Positions 23,500 to 36,456 of a stretch of DNA of 64,000 nucleotides are shown one piece after another; within the stretch, counting starts at the first letter, position 1; every line of letters begins with the position of its first letter. The notes under the pieces are model-generated. The model did no database searches. It had not been told where the DNA came from and worked only from the letters and a program-made list of their open reading frames with translations. This DNA comes from Octopus vulgaris. Lineage: Eukaryota. Both the position numbers and the translations under genes were made by a program. The stretch is taken from assembly GCA_951406725.2 (NCBI GenBank), contig OX597815.1:107012001-107076000 (forward strand). The letters run 5' to 3'.

Positions 23500-24344
23500 G
23501 ATAGCTGCTGTTTTAGGGAAGTTTCGTTTGTTTCTCGATGTCTTTTTTGAGAGGCAGGCTTTCTCTCAATGGCCTTTCTTTTGGCACCTTTTGCAAGTGA
23601 AGTTTTTCGCCAGGCATTGATTTTTTTTAATGGATGTCTCCACCGCACCAAAAACATGCTGATTTAGCGGCTGCAAGATGGGGTGGTTGATCGATACCAG
23701 CTGAGCCTTGCGATAGGTTGCAAGTGTCTTCAATGGCCACCTCCATGGTTTGAGCAAGCTTATAGAGTGTTTCTAAGCTGTTGTCTGATGACTTGAGAAG
23801 TCTTTGTTTGATTGATGGTGATTGAAGCCCAGCCACAAAGGCATCCTCAATTAGAATTTCTTGGTAACGGTCTGCCGTTAGCGTTTGGATTTCACACTTC
23901 TTGGCCTGCACCTGAAGGCTTGACATAAATTCTCTTATAGATTCGTTTTCCTTTTGTTTTCGAGTTCGTAGCTTATGGCGCATCATTATGTTTGAACCTT
24001 TCTTTATGAACTTTGACTCCAGGTGTTCTATTGCTACCTCAAAGGTTTCGGATTCTTCGACGATAGGGTAGGTCCTGGTTCTGCAGAGGACTAAGAGTAC
24101 CTTCAGTTTAGATCCACCTGGAACGTTTGCTTTTGCTATGTAGATGTGTAGCATCCGTTTCCAGTAAATATAATCTTCCTCTCTTGGGTCGTCTGGTAGG
24201 GTCCTCTCGAACACTTTGGCATTCATTTAGAATGAAGTTTGAATAAAATTTGTCATATACCATTTCAAAGAAAGCCTTTATTCAAACTTTTCTGCTCACC
24301 ATCTCATCCATTGTGCCTATTTTCACTCCATATTATCAATAACA
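23500..24344 (-). mobile_element. Truncated Ty3/Gypsy LTR retrotransposon: short 5' LTR plus gag, no pol
   Basis: Candidate 94-bp LTR TG...CA at 24344-24251 containing AATAAA. The gag ATG is 25 nt downstream. Confidence 0.7.
23545..24226 (-). pseudogene. Gypsy-type Gag with two zinc knuckles, disrupted
   Basis: YWKR..RHKLRTRKQKENESIREF..L..AKKC..DAFVAGL..IKQRLL; CFWCGGDIH / (frameshift in an A-run) KNQC..CKRCQKKGH*EKAC. Confidence 0.88.
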
Positions 24345-24469
24345 TTCAATATAACGAGTCCTTTTTTCTTTAATTCTTTCTTTATACTTGTACATTATAT
24401 AATCCTTAAGCTTAATGCCAGTAGCAAACCCCTAGTTTATGAAAAAATACAAAAATCCTTGTATAGAAT

Positions 24470-24600
24470 TGTGCACGTCACAGTTCCAGCGACGCGGTGT
24501 TTGGCTGTAGTGCGCATGCTCACATGTCCGAGATAGGAAGCTTCACACTAGGGAGAGAGAACACTGTCATTCACGCAGTGCCGGTGAGAGCTAGTGTTGC
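24470..24600 (+). promoter_or_regulatory. CpG-rich promoter-like patch with a possible first exon
   Basis: CACGTCA, NRF1-like TGCGCATGC (24511-24519), ATG at 24524, donor-like CCG|GTGAGA at 24583/4, acceptor-like TTATCTTGCCTCCAG ending at 24689. Confidence 0.35.
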
Positions 24601-25029
24601 TTTTTGACTCCACGTGTGTTGTGCTTAAATGCGCGTTTATATTCATGAATGTGATAAAGTGTAGAATTAGATTATTATCTTGCCTCCAGCTTCAGTGTTG
24701 CTGCCAGAATTTGAAAAATAGGACAGATCCACCCACCTTATTTTGTGATTTAGAGGGAATTTTTGAAAAACAAGGTGGAATTCATGGCAATGTTCAGTGA
24801 ACAAATTAAACACGCTACCCAGCAGTGGCTAAGACGCGAAATAATCCAGTTTATATATAAATATTCTTTTTGCGTTTGTTTCCTTTTACACAATATTAAA
24901 TCAATAGCTACAAATTTTCTGAAGCAGCACTCCTACTAATTTTATCTACAAGCCACCACTGTACTCAATACAAAATAGGCTATCAATTATTTACTATTGT
25001 AGAAAGGAATTAATGATAGGATATTATAA

Positions 25030-25690
25030 TTCATAACATACATACAAACAAAGAAATAAGAACCCACAGTATAGTAGAAACCACAGCCACTCATAATAAA
25101 AAGGAGTACTGCTAGAATGTCCCAGTGAAGACCTCAATAAAATGTGAACACAACAGACCTGATATAGTGATTTGGGATAGAGAAGATAGCTGCCCAGCAG
25201 ATGTTAACATAAAGCTGAAGATCAGTGAAAAAGAGAATATTTATGCTAAACTATTGAGAAATCTGCAGTTTCTCTATCCAGATTATAAGTTCAGCTTTAT
25301 ACCTGTAATTATTGGGGCCCTGGGATATGTAGCACACTGCCTAAATACCAATCTTGAGAAATTAGGTTTCTCAAAACCAGAAAAGAGAAAGCTAATTCAA
25401 AGACTTCCAGTGATCCAATCCATCACTGGAACTGTAAAACTTTCCAGAAGTTTATCATTTAAATATATATGAGCATGTGTAGATATGCAGCTATATGCAT
25501 GAGAATATATACATAAAGCAAAACATACAAATCTACACATATACACACATACAAAAATACTCTGTTGTTGCTGTTTAAATTCCAATGAAGGAGCCTTGGA
25601 TCTAGGTTAGAAACCGGCTCTTTCTCTATTGGCAAGAAATCTTGAAATAAAACTAAACAATGACATACATACATACATACATACATACAT
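25030..25690 (+). mobile_element. R4/Dong-type non-LTR retrotransposon 3' end (restriction-like endonuclease)
   Basis: HNRPDIVIWDRE..SCPAD.N...K..EK...Y..L...IPVIIGALG; the 3' UTR ends in (CATA)n. Confidence 0.85.
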
Positions 25691-25707
25691 AAATATATGA
25701 ACATCTG

Positions 25708-26990
25708 CAAGGTCCATTCCAAAAGTTTTTCAACTTTTTTAGGAGAGACATTTATTCATTTCAACGAAGTGCAAAACTCTAATCTTCTCCAAAAGAGGAT
25801 CCTTTGACTTCAATGTACTTTTAATGGTGTGAAGTAGGGTTGATGGATCAAGTTGGTTTGGTTTCCAATATGAGCGTGCATATAGATAAAGGGAGAAACA
25901 GAAAAACCAGGAGGATAAAATGCAACAATTTATTCAAAAGAATATTAAGATGGCAAAGCTGTTGAAATACACCTTGAAATCTACTGTCAGAAAATGTACA
26001 GTGGCTTCAGTTAGTACATGATGTTTGCAGTGTAAAACAGGAAACCAAATACGAACCATAACTTCTGCTGGAGGACTAGAACAGACATATGCGTCAAAAG
26101 GCTGAGGACAAGAACTTTCTCTTCACTGAGATCTGAGCTCCACTGTGCAACTCACCTCACTGAGGAAATAGTTGAGGGTAGGCGTAAATTTCTTGTGTTT
26201 GGCTGTCTGTTGGATGATAGGATGGATAGCCTGTGTAAAGCTAGGGCTCGAACATCACATGACCAGGTCGTTTGACCACTTTTAGAAAACACAATGTACA
26301 AGCTGATATGCACGTATTTAAAGGTAAACAGGCAAACTGTGAACATGTACTTGCTACACACTTGTAGTGCTTCATCCGCTTTGTGAACATACCATAGAAG
26401 TCCTCCAAAGTGAAGATGTTCTGAACCCTTGTCACAGCTTCCTTCATCTTTTTAATGTCTTCAAAATGACTGCTCTGAAGTTGTCCTTCAGCTTGGGAAC
26501 TGTAGAAAAGGTAACAGTTTTGGTGCCTATCTCTCTCAAGTAGCTTGTCACCAGGATGGAATTATGGACTGGTGCATTATCCTGGAGAAAGTGCTCTGGC
26601 CTTTTGTGATGAAATCTCTTCTTGAATTCTCTCAAAACCACCACAGAGTACTCTTTGTTGTCCATCAGGTCAGTGGGAACCCAGTGGGTGTAGATGATGT
26701 CTTTACTATCAAAAAAGGGATCCTCATGAACTCCCTGGTGGACTTGCTTTGCTTAACCTCTTGTGCTAGTGAAAAACAGATGCTTGGCTCATACAAGTTA
26801 CTCCATAAGCAGCCTGAAACTTTTCATGAGTTTCTGTAGTGTTTTTTCCCAGTTTAGCACAAAACTTTATTGCAGAGCAAGTTTTTAAATTGTCATCATG
26901 TCCTGACAGCATTCTGCAAACTAGTCAGTTCTGATAAGGAGCGTTTAGTAAGGTGTGTTCAAAGTGTTGTTATAGCCATCTCCTTCAATT
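25708..26990 (-). mobile_element. Old decayed mariner element interrupted by a ~470-bp insert (about 25825-26295, possibly a solo LTR)
   Basis: Peptides KEYSVVVLREFKKRFHHKRP..LQDNAPVHNSILVTSYL and MKEAVTRVQ..EDFYGMF..KC. Boundaries approximate. Confidence 0.65.
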
Positions 26991-27049
26991 TGGAACAACT
27001 AAAGTTGGTAGGTTATCTTATTAGATGTATAGTAATGATATACTACAAT

Positions 27050-27270
27050 TACAATAATCTAGGACTGTGTATTTGTATTTGTACCCCACACCATCGCTTG
27101 ATAACCGATATTAGTGTGTTTATGTCCCCGTAACTTACTAGTTCAGCAAAAGAGACTGACAGAATAAGTACTAAGCTTACAAAGAATAAGTCCTGGGACT
27201 ATTTGTTCAACTAAAGGTGGTGCTCCAGCATGGCTGCAGTCAAATGACTTAAACAAGTAAAAAAAATAAA
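27050..27270 (+). mobile_element. SINE 3' half
   Basis: aagagactgacagaataagtact...ggtgctccagcatggctgcagtcaaatgacttaaacaagtaaaa; same 3' tail as the 11158 copy. Confidence 0.75.
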
Positions 27271-27299
27271 AGCAAAAAAAGAATGGATGGATAGGTGGA

Positions 27300-27895
27300 T
27301 GATCCACTATGCTTTAATTGATAGTATCCAGTAAAACCCAACAAAATTCATCAGTGGTGTCGCCAAAGGTCTCTGTGTTGAATCCATTACTCTTCATAGG
27401 AGACATAAATTACCTAACAAATGTCTTCAAAGTAGAACAAAAATATTTGCGGATAACTCTATGCTTCAGAATGTTATTAACAGAGATGACCAAATAAAAC
27501 TCTAGTCTCAGCTACACACTGTAAGTGAATGGGCAGAAAAAAATAATGTTACTGTATGAGGGAAATTTTGAACTCATGCACTTTAGTAAAAAAAATTGTG
27601 CTCAAATAACCATGTTCTGAGGAGAATCGCATGCAGTACTTAACAGTATCAGGGACCTAATTGTTAATGACAAACTCAGTTGGGTTGCTCACATTAATAA
27701 CAGAATTGATATGGCTTACAGGATGAGATACTAGATCCATATAACTTTCTGGTCTAGAGAGCCTGATCTCATCATTCTTCTTTCCTTTTTCTTTGTGCAG
27801 TTCCACCTAAAATACCATTAATCCCTGTTGTCTCCCCATACTAAAAACATTATGAGCATTGAGACATTCCAGGGAGCAATTACAATAAATACTGG
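27300..27895 (+). mobile_element. CR1/L2-group LINE RT remnant
   Basis: Frameshifted SGV.(Q)GS.L.PLLF, IFADNS, EWAEKNN...EGKFELMHF and RDL motifs. Confidence 0.7.
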
Positions 27896-27899
27896 TAAA

Positions 27900-29040
27900 T
27901 CTCCTCCATTTCTCGTCATGGGTTGGATTTCCTCTTCCATTGCTTTGCATTTCTTCAATTCCAGTTATCGGTGACTTCCTTCCCTTTCTTTTTCTGGGTT
28001 TCACCTCTGCAAAATTCCTGTCATATTCTGTTTCTGCTTTTTTCTACCATTATATCTTCCTGAACACTCTCCTCTACCATTTCCACTGCTGCTCTAGGGC
28101 ATTTCTTTCTCAAGTGCCCTCTTTCACCACATCCGTAACACTTTGGGGGTCTCCCCTCCAACATTATTTCCAGCTTTTCTCCATTTGGTAATTCCAAAGT
28201 TTCTGCCATTTCTTCGTAATATTTCAGGCTCACCACACAGATTATCTCTAGTCTGTAGCCCCACTTCACTTGTTGTGTTCAGCTTATCATTCCAATCCTC
28301 AGGTCTTCGCTTTCCTTCCTCAGCTCTGAATTAAAAGTTGCAGCTATTACCCATTCTGGATCTATCGACAGTGGGATTCTTCCCACCCTAAACCTAATGA
28401 TTCTTTTGCCTAAACAGTTTGGCATCAGCATCCATTTTTCTCCGTGTATCAGCCTGTTGTCGGTTTTTTTGTCTCCTCTTCTGATACAAAGGTTACTACT
28501 ATCGACGCATATTTCTTTCCTCTTGTAAAGAACGTTATCCTTTCTCCTATGTGTTCCGCCATGATTTCTTCTATCTCTTCTTGCAGCGCATGTTCTATTC
28601 TCCTATTTACATTCGAGAATGTTCTGAATATGACCGTCTTGTTTTCCATTTTTCTTTTTTCCTCCTCTGGCAGGGTCATTTTTATATTTGACACTTCTTT
28701 CTTTAGCATACCATAATATTTGGTTAGCAACTCCTCATTCCATTTTATCATCTCTGGCTTCAGCATACGTGGGTCTAGGGGAACTTGACCTCCAGTAGCC
28801 TCCGCATAACTTTGCATTTTCCAATTATTCACTACCACCCAACGATGGTGGCTTTGCACAAAAAAAACTTCTGCTTAGAATTCTTCAAAAAACAACAAAA
28901 ATGTTTGGCTAGTGGTGGCACTGCCAAATTCCCATTCGAAAAATATAGATTTCAAAATGACAACTAGTCACTGATCTATAAATTAGAAAAGTACTATTTT
29001 TAAATCTCACAACAAGAGATATTCAGCAACAGTACTTTGT
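27900..29040 (-). mobile_element. Tx1/L1-like LINE 5' UTR plus frameshifted ORF1 with a CCHC knuckle
   Basis: MQSYAEATGG..TVIFRT..ITFFTRGKKYASIVVTF; GRIPLSIDPEWV; EGRPPKCYGCGERGHLRKKCP. Confidence 0.8.
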
Positions 29041-30357
29041 AGTAAAGATTGTTTGCCAACATAACATGGCGGTCCTGGTTTAGGATGAATGTTGCTGTAA
29101 TTTAGCCCCAGGAGACATTGTCTCCAGCTGCCTTATTGTTTGATATTACAATAGCTTCTGTTCTTTTCCCTTCAGACAAATATGTAATATATATTTTGAC
29201 TACATCTACTTTTTACTATTTCCTTAATCTGTATCGTTTAGGGCAAACAACTTGTGTGCCAAGAGTGGTGCTGTATTCTGTCACTGAACCCTGAAGTTGA
29301 TGCATCATTAGATGATGAGGCAGCTCTGTAGATGTTTCAGCCTCTTCTACAAAATACAAGCAACTTTTCTAATTTGTTAAATATGGAATACCCATCCAGG
29401 GAATTTGTCTGATAAGTATATACAAATGTTGTTCAAACTCAGGTCAGCCATAGAAAAGCAATTATGGCCATCCTGAGTTTTTTTTTATACATCAGGAAAT
29501 CCATTATCCAATGTTTTCTTTCTTTTCTTAGATAGTAGAATGTTTTGAAACAGATTTGACAGTTATTTCTAACAATTCAAACAGCTACATAGAGGCTTGT
29601 GTAATAAATATGATACTGAATAGCAGTGACACAGGAGTTGAGTTTGGAAAATCTGCAGAGTGATTTCAATATGATCCAGTAAATGTTTGTCCATTAGTGG
29701 CTATATTTCTGATGAATATATCAAGTTTCAATTACTTTTTTAATATAGTCAAGATTTTGGAGGGGGTTTAGTAAGATATTTGTAACTTTATGTATTGATA
29801 TTTGAAATATGATAATCAGTTGTCAGAATACAATTTTGATTTAAACAAAGATTTTAGTCTGGACAATCTTAGGTACAGCAGTATTGAAAAGTTAACCTTT
29901 TTAAAACTATCTCAAGAGTTAACTTAAATAGCATGTGATACACAAATGAGCAACTAAGTATTAAAAGTATGATACAGGGCGTGTTGCAAAGACAATTGTG
30001 ATATGAACAATACCTGTTGAGTAAGAAGCATTTTGTAAAAAGAAAATGTACCTAAATGTTATTAAGAATTACATTAGTAAACTTTCGAATGCTATTTGCA
30101 TGTGTATCTCATATTTACTTAAACACTATTATTAGTTTTGTCAAAATTAATTCTTATGACACCAAGGGTAACATCTGCTGATGTGTTTAATTCTAGGTTC
30201 TGCTGCGTCAAGCAGATGAGATAAATTTACTCTTTAAAAACGATTCCAGTATTTTATAGATCGTTTCTCTCAGAAGTTCTGATACCTACCTGTTTTCAAC
30301 AACTATGTGAACTAACGCATGTAAAATTTTCTTTACTAGATTTGAATTTGTGATCAA

Positions 30358-30559
30358 CCCTTTTGTTATCATATTTCTGTTGAGATTCTCTCTCTTTCTT
30401 TCAATTTATTTTAAATATAACAAAGAATTTAGTAAAATAACTTAGTTACCATTAAGTTAGTGTTAAGAACATAGAATTTTTCACCAAACTTTAGTTACAA
30501 TTTAATTCAGAACTTTTGAAAACAAAGCATTAGTCCTAGAGCCAGTCGTATCAAAAGGG
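30358..30559. mobile_element. piggyBac-like MITE
   Basis: Ends CCCTTTT(T)G.TA / TATCAAAAGGG, flanked by TCAA and TTAA. Confidence 0.55.
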
Positions 30560-31389
30560 TTAATGGATACCCACTTGGTCACTACTTGAAGGGGTCAAAC
30601 TGTTTGTGACAATGATAAAAACTGCATCAAGACAGGATGTTGAAAGGGAAATAAAATAAAGAGGTCTTTAAAAAAAATCAATACATAGAAAGTTTATTTT
30701 TATTATTATTAAATACTAGTCCTTACATTTGTTCCTAGAGCCTGCAGCAAAGAGAGTTATCCTTGTGTCTCTCCTAGGTTAAACATTCTGCTCATATCCA
30801 TCTGGCTTTCTGTGAAACAATTCAATATTAGATATTGTAGTAAATGTCTATGATAGTATGTGTGTGTGGGACTTGTTAAAAAAGCATATTTTATTTATCT
30901 CCAATACATTTATGCACATATTGAATTTGGCAATATATATTATTTTAGCATTGTGTAAAATCTAAAACACAATAAAACTCAAATGTGAGCTAAAACATCA
31001 AACAAAATCAAATGATATTGGATATGAATACATAAAAAGGAAATATGCTTATACAATAAGGCAGTGTGTGTTTGTACTTCCTCTATGACATTGTATAACA
31101 GTTGTAAATTAGTGTCAGTGTCATTTAAATGATGTCATTTGTTATCACTCTTCCATATCTAATCTTGGGGAAATGTTACCTTACCTGGAAATAAGGGAGA
31201 AATGGTAATAATAAGGGCATCTAGCCAAAGAAAACCTGCCTCTGCAAATTCCATCTGGCCCATCAAAGTATACTAAAGTGGGTGCTGAATGGTGAGGACA
31301 ATGATGACAGTACTTAAAAGCAAAAGTGTAATGTAAAAGATAACAGTATATAATCTATAAAATAATCCCCAAATAGGTAAACCAAGAAG

Positions 31390-31790
31390 AAATACTAACA
31401 GATACAAAATGGTAATTATTTTAACCAGACTGAGATGGTAACTGCTATCAATCAGCATCAACCATCATCTTGAAAGAATCCAGCCAATGGTTGAGGGAGC
31501 CAGCTGTTGGATATGACTAAAAAGGAATGATGAAACTTGGTAGAAGTGATGTACAGATGTGAGTTAAGAACCTGCTGCCTATGTGGCAAATCAGATCTGT
31601 ATGACTCCACAATTTGAATGGTGGTGATGATCCTGACATGGAATGGTGTCTGATAGGTACAGGTTTTTATTGATCGCACTTGCACAAGTCTCCTATTAAA
31701 TTTGAAATGAGCTAAGAGAGAGCTTCAACATTAACTGTTATATGAAAAAATAGCAAATGCACAGGTTGGGATATGATGTAATTGGATACT
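31390..31790 (-). mobile_element. Old LINE RT-like remnant
   Basis: Coding-like composition with a degenerate I..V.SYRYL-like stretch; weak support. Confidence 0.3.
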
Positions 31791-31812
31791 GAAGTCCCAT
31801 GTATAGCAAGGA

Positions 31813-32029
31813 CAAGAGGGTGCTGAAAAGTTCCTGGCTTTGGGTAAGAGAAAATACAGGAGGAACAGTGAATTATGGTTTTATTCAACATATTCCCCTC
31901 TCATATACAAACACTTATTGCAGCAGTTCTTCAGTTTTTCTAAGCCCTGTAAAAGAACTCAGATGGTTGGGCCTCCAACCAGGCATATTGTGATACCCTT
32001 AAAGCCAGCAGCTTTTCAGCACCCCCTCA
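31813..32029. mobile_element. Mariner-derived MITE
   Basis: TIRs GAGGGTGCTGAAAAGTTCCTGGCTTT / AAAGCCAGCAGCTTTTCAGCACCCCCTC. Confidence 0.8.
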
Positions 32030-32189
32030 TAAATAACAGATCAAGATGAATGGGGGTATACTGTATAGCAGACACATCCAAACCATATGTTGATGACATG
32101 GATAATCAAGTGGTAATATAGCTAGTCAAATAAAGTAATATATCTTTCTTTCCACTAATACTGCATTAACAATTAGGAGTTTATAACTG

Positions 32190-32272
32190 AAGGAGAAAAA
32201 AAAAACATTTGCACACAAAAACATTTAAGCAATGAAAAACAAACAATTTTAGGGAGATAAAAAGCCTTTATT
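32190..32272 (-). terminator. Candidate distal polyadenylation signal of the GW182 gene
   Basis: Minus-strand AATAAA at 32272-32267, followed about 20 nt later by a long GU/U-rich tract TTGTTTGTTTTTCATTG...TGTTTTTGTGTGC...TGTTTTTTTTTT. It coincides with the boundary between TE-rich and TE-poor sequence. Confidence 0.55.
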
Positions 32273-34409
32273 TTCTTTTAGTCTGAAGCACACTACAGCA
32301 CAATATACAATTTCAGCATTTCTCTATTCAATGAACCAATAAAAAGAAAAAGAACAAAAATGTAGTAAAAATAATAATTACAATAATAGTAATGACAATA
32401 ATAATAATAATTTTTATGCATGTTCTCCAAGATGTGCCTAATTCTTGTTTCAAGAAAGAAACTCTTGATATATTTCCCAAACCATGAATAATAAAGATAA
32501 TAATAATAATGATAATAATAATTAAAATGGGGTGGGGGAGAGAAGAGGAAGCTGCCCAATCTACCCTAAAATGGATGTACTGTGCTTTGACAAACAGTCT
32601 TTTTTGGTGATTTTTTTTCTGCAGTTTTTGGTAGTTTTTACATTTATCCTTTTTTTTTTCCCCAATATTTGTTTTGAAGTAAAAGTAAAACTGTTTTAAA
32701 AAAATGTATAATGACAGTGCTGCCATAAGCAAGCAATTTTAATGTATATTGCCTCTGTATACTAAGACATTTATGCAAACACAGAGTACACACCTGTAGC
32801 CAAAAAAAAAAGAAAGAAAATATAAATACAATAATGGCCAGTTTAGTACTGTCTGTAATAACAGCAGATGGCTACCACTGAAGAACAGAAAGAGAAGAGA
32901 GGTGTGAAGAAGGAATGAGTTAGGAGTGGTTCTCAGTTCTTAACACCAACACTGATTGTGTGTGTGTGTGAGTGTGTGTCTGTGTGTAGGATTTTGAAGG
33001 TGGAAAGGCCAAAATTGATCAAAAGCAGACAGTGGAGAAAAGTCTTATTTTTTTTTATTTATATATATATATTTTTTTTACTTTCAATTCGAAATATGTA
33101 ATAACGGGATGGGAGGGAAAAGGGAGTGTCTAATTTCAGAAAGAAATGTAGTGAGGAGGAAGGGTGGAATCACAGATTTTCTTTCTTTCTTTTCTTTTTT
33201 TAAGATTTTTTAAAAATTTATTTCTCAGACTTCTCCAAAAACAAAAACATAAAAAAAAGTATTGTTATGAAAATTAATTTACCATGAGATTTTTGATGGA
33301 ATTTTGGTTTTATTCTGATTTTGCATTATTTCAATTCTTCATAATTATGATAGAAACAAAGGGAAAAATTATAAATAAGGGCTGCAAATATCTAGTGTGT
33401 AAACAGGAAAAAAAAAAGGGTGGGGAATAGTCATGAATATGACAATCATCATTATTATTATTCTTATTCTTCTTATTACTTGTTTCACTTCACTATCATT
33501 ATTATCATCATTATCATTATTTTGGTAATACTGCATAAACAAGCAAGCAGGTAAATAAGGCCATCACTGATATTACAGACAATATCATACAGTCTCTTTA
33601 ATATTATTTTTTATTTATTTTTTTGGCTGGAATATAGAAAAAACTAAAAAGAGGGAAGAGTTGATGGGGGCGGGAGCTTTCTTCAATGCCCTCTATATCA
33701 GACATTTTACATTATAGCAATAAGATTTTGGATGAAATGGCTGCCCCAATGAGTATCGTGATATCCACAAGTTAAAATATTTAAGATTTTCTTTTTTTTC
33801 CTTCATGCCAAATAAAGGGGAGAGGGATGTTCGTATTTTAAATGAAAGAATAAAAGTATTATCTTATTGAATGATCATTTTCTTTCGAAACAATTTTCCA
33901 ACTTGCTTTCTTTTTGTTTCAAAGATGAATTTCAGAATTTCAATAAGAATAAGGTAAAAATTGAGTGATTAGTAGTGGCGGAGGTGGAGGAATTAATTTC
34001 ATTTATTAAATTTCATTTCCAAATGCCAACGTTACACATATAAGAGACACACAAAAGACTTGCAGTTTTATCACTGGCCTGCTCAGCCTTCCAACAATAT
34101 AACATGTCTAAAAGTACATAGTTATAAGAATTTTGCACTTTTTCAAATGAAATTACAAATAGCAATTCACAATGTTTTAGTGGGGAGGGGCTGGATGCTT
34201 TTTTTTAAAAAAAACAAACATTTTTAATGAATTTTACTACATCTTTTGTTTTCAACAGTTAAAAATTATTTTACATATACATTTTGGTATGTGTTTATAT
34301 GATTATGTATATGTGTGTGTGCATATATATATGCACATACATGTGTATACAAATATACATACTCACAAGCATAAATATATGTAAACATACATAGTGTATG
34401 TATGTGTGA

Positions 34410-34452
<43 letters not shown>

Positions 34453-36417
34453 CATATTTGCATTTTTCTGTCTTTGTTATAATGTACTATTTATATTGAG
34501 GTCAATTTTTGTACTAATTTTTATGTTTTTCTTGTTTTTTAAATTTAAATCATATTCACTACATCTGTTTTTGGTTTTCAATGTTTGGGCCACACTTCCA
34601 TTTTAATGAAGAAAAAAAAAACAAAAAATGTAGTGAAGATATTGGGGAAGGGAAGGGGACAGGAAGAGCTATCAGTCACCAACCCTGCATACCATATTTG
34701 ACAAAGACATTTGGGATTTCTTGAAAGACTTTAAACATACAATTACATTAATGTATTAAAAAATAAAAAAACGTTATATTTTAATTTTTTTTGTTTTTTT
34801 TTTGTAATTTTTAAGGGTATATATGATTATTTAGATTTTTTTTGGTACTATTGTACTTTTTTTTTTGTTTCAAAAGCAGCAGTCGGCACCACAGCTTTTT
34901 TTTTTTTTTAATTTATTCAATTTTCTTTGTATGTCTTAAATGACTGGTTGTTAGTTGAATTTCATATAGTCCACAGCCAACACCTTCATATCTACAAAAA
35001 CTTGCAAAACAATGCAATTCTCTATACAGCTGACCAGGCAGAGCTGTTCGATGTTCACTCCTCTTTCTCTTTCTTAAACTCACTCTCTTTCTCTCTCACA
35101 CACTGCAAAGTCATTATTTGCCATTTAATATCATAAGAATACTAGCAACAGCAATAATAGTCAGACAGTAGTGGTAGTAGTAGTAGGAATGAGAACTAAT
35201 ACTGATTGAAGCTAGATATTAAAGCTTATATCTCCAGTCTTGTATTATTATTATTATTATTATTTTTTTTGTTTACTTTATCTCAGTACTTGTTTTAAAC
35301 CAACTGATTGTACAAGATACAAGTTACACATATTTGACAATAGGCCCCAGTAACTAACTATCCCTACATCACTTAATGAAACTAACTTTCAAACATCTCC
35401 ATTTCTAAAGTGAATTTTCAATGTTGGAAAAGGAATGGGAAGGGATTAAGGGACTTTTAGTTTATACAGATATTTGTGTGTACATATGTATACATACACT
35501 TGTGTGTGTGTGTGTGTGTGTGTGTTCGTGTGTGTGTGTGTGTGTGTAGTAAATAGAGGAAAAGGCAATATGGAAAACCCACAAATTAACAGTATTTGAA
35601 CAGATATATATGATATGTTGAATACCTGGTCACAATGTTATAAAGATTGGAGTTCAGAACTGCAACCGGTCATATTTTATTTGGTCGGACTGCGGGAGAG
35701 TTAACTATAAACATTCGAGTATACATATGTGCATGTGTGCACATGCAGGAGAGACAGAGAAAGGAGAGATAGAAAGGGTAATTTATACCCACACACATGA
35801 TAGAGAAAGAGAGAGATTAATTATATAAATACACAAATACACAGGCACACACACAGACACACACATGCATACACAGAAGGTTAAAATGCAGAGTTGTTTT
35901 CTGTCATGATTAATTAATGAAGGAAGACTTTTCCTCAGGGAAAAATGCAGGAAGAAAATTAAAAAAAAAAAAAAAAGATGAAGTAAAAGAAATGAACAAA
36001 TAAAGAAAATTGATTATTTTACAAGAAATAAAAAAAACTCTTTAGAATGACATTGATACATATATATTTTTAAAAATCACATCAAGATGATAAATATAAA
36101 AAAATGGCAATCACACAAAGGTGAGACATTGAATTGACAGCTTCTTCCCTGAACTTAAAAAACTTATACAGGTAAATATATATGGATATACATTACACAG
36201 TTGCAATTGTTGTTATCCTCTTTTTTGCACACAAAAAAAAAGGTTGAGCTTTTCCATACACACATCTAGTTTGTTGTGTGCCATTATCAATTATGTATAT
36301 GGACAATATCATATATATGTATATATATATGTATATATATATATATGCATATATATGTATATATATGCATATATAAATATATATGTATATATATGCATGT
36401 ATATATATATATGCATG

Positions 36418-36456
<39 letters not shown>

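Noticed and set aside
23627-24226. 199-aa Gag ORF as a domesticated Arc/PNMA-like host gene
   Set aside because: The knuckle region has a frameshift and an in-frame stop, and an LTR-like segment is still attached; it looks like an ordinary decaying copy. A dN/dS test across species would be needed to revisit this.
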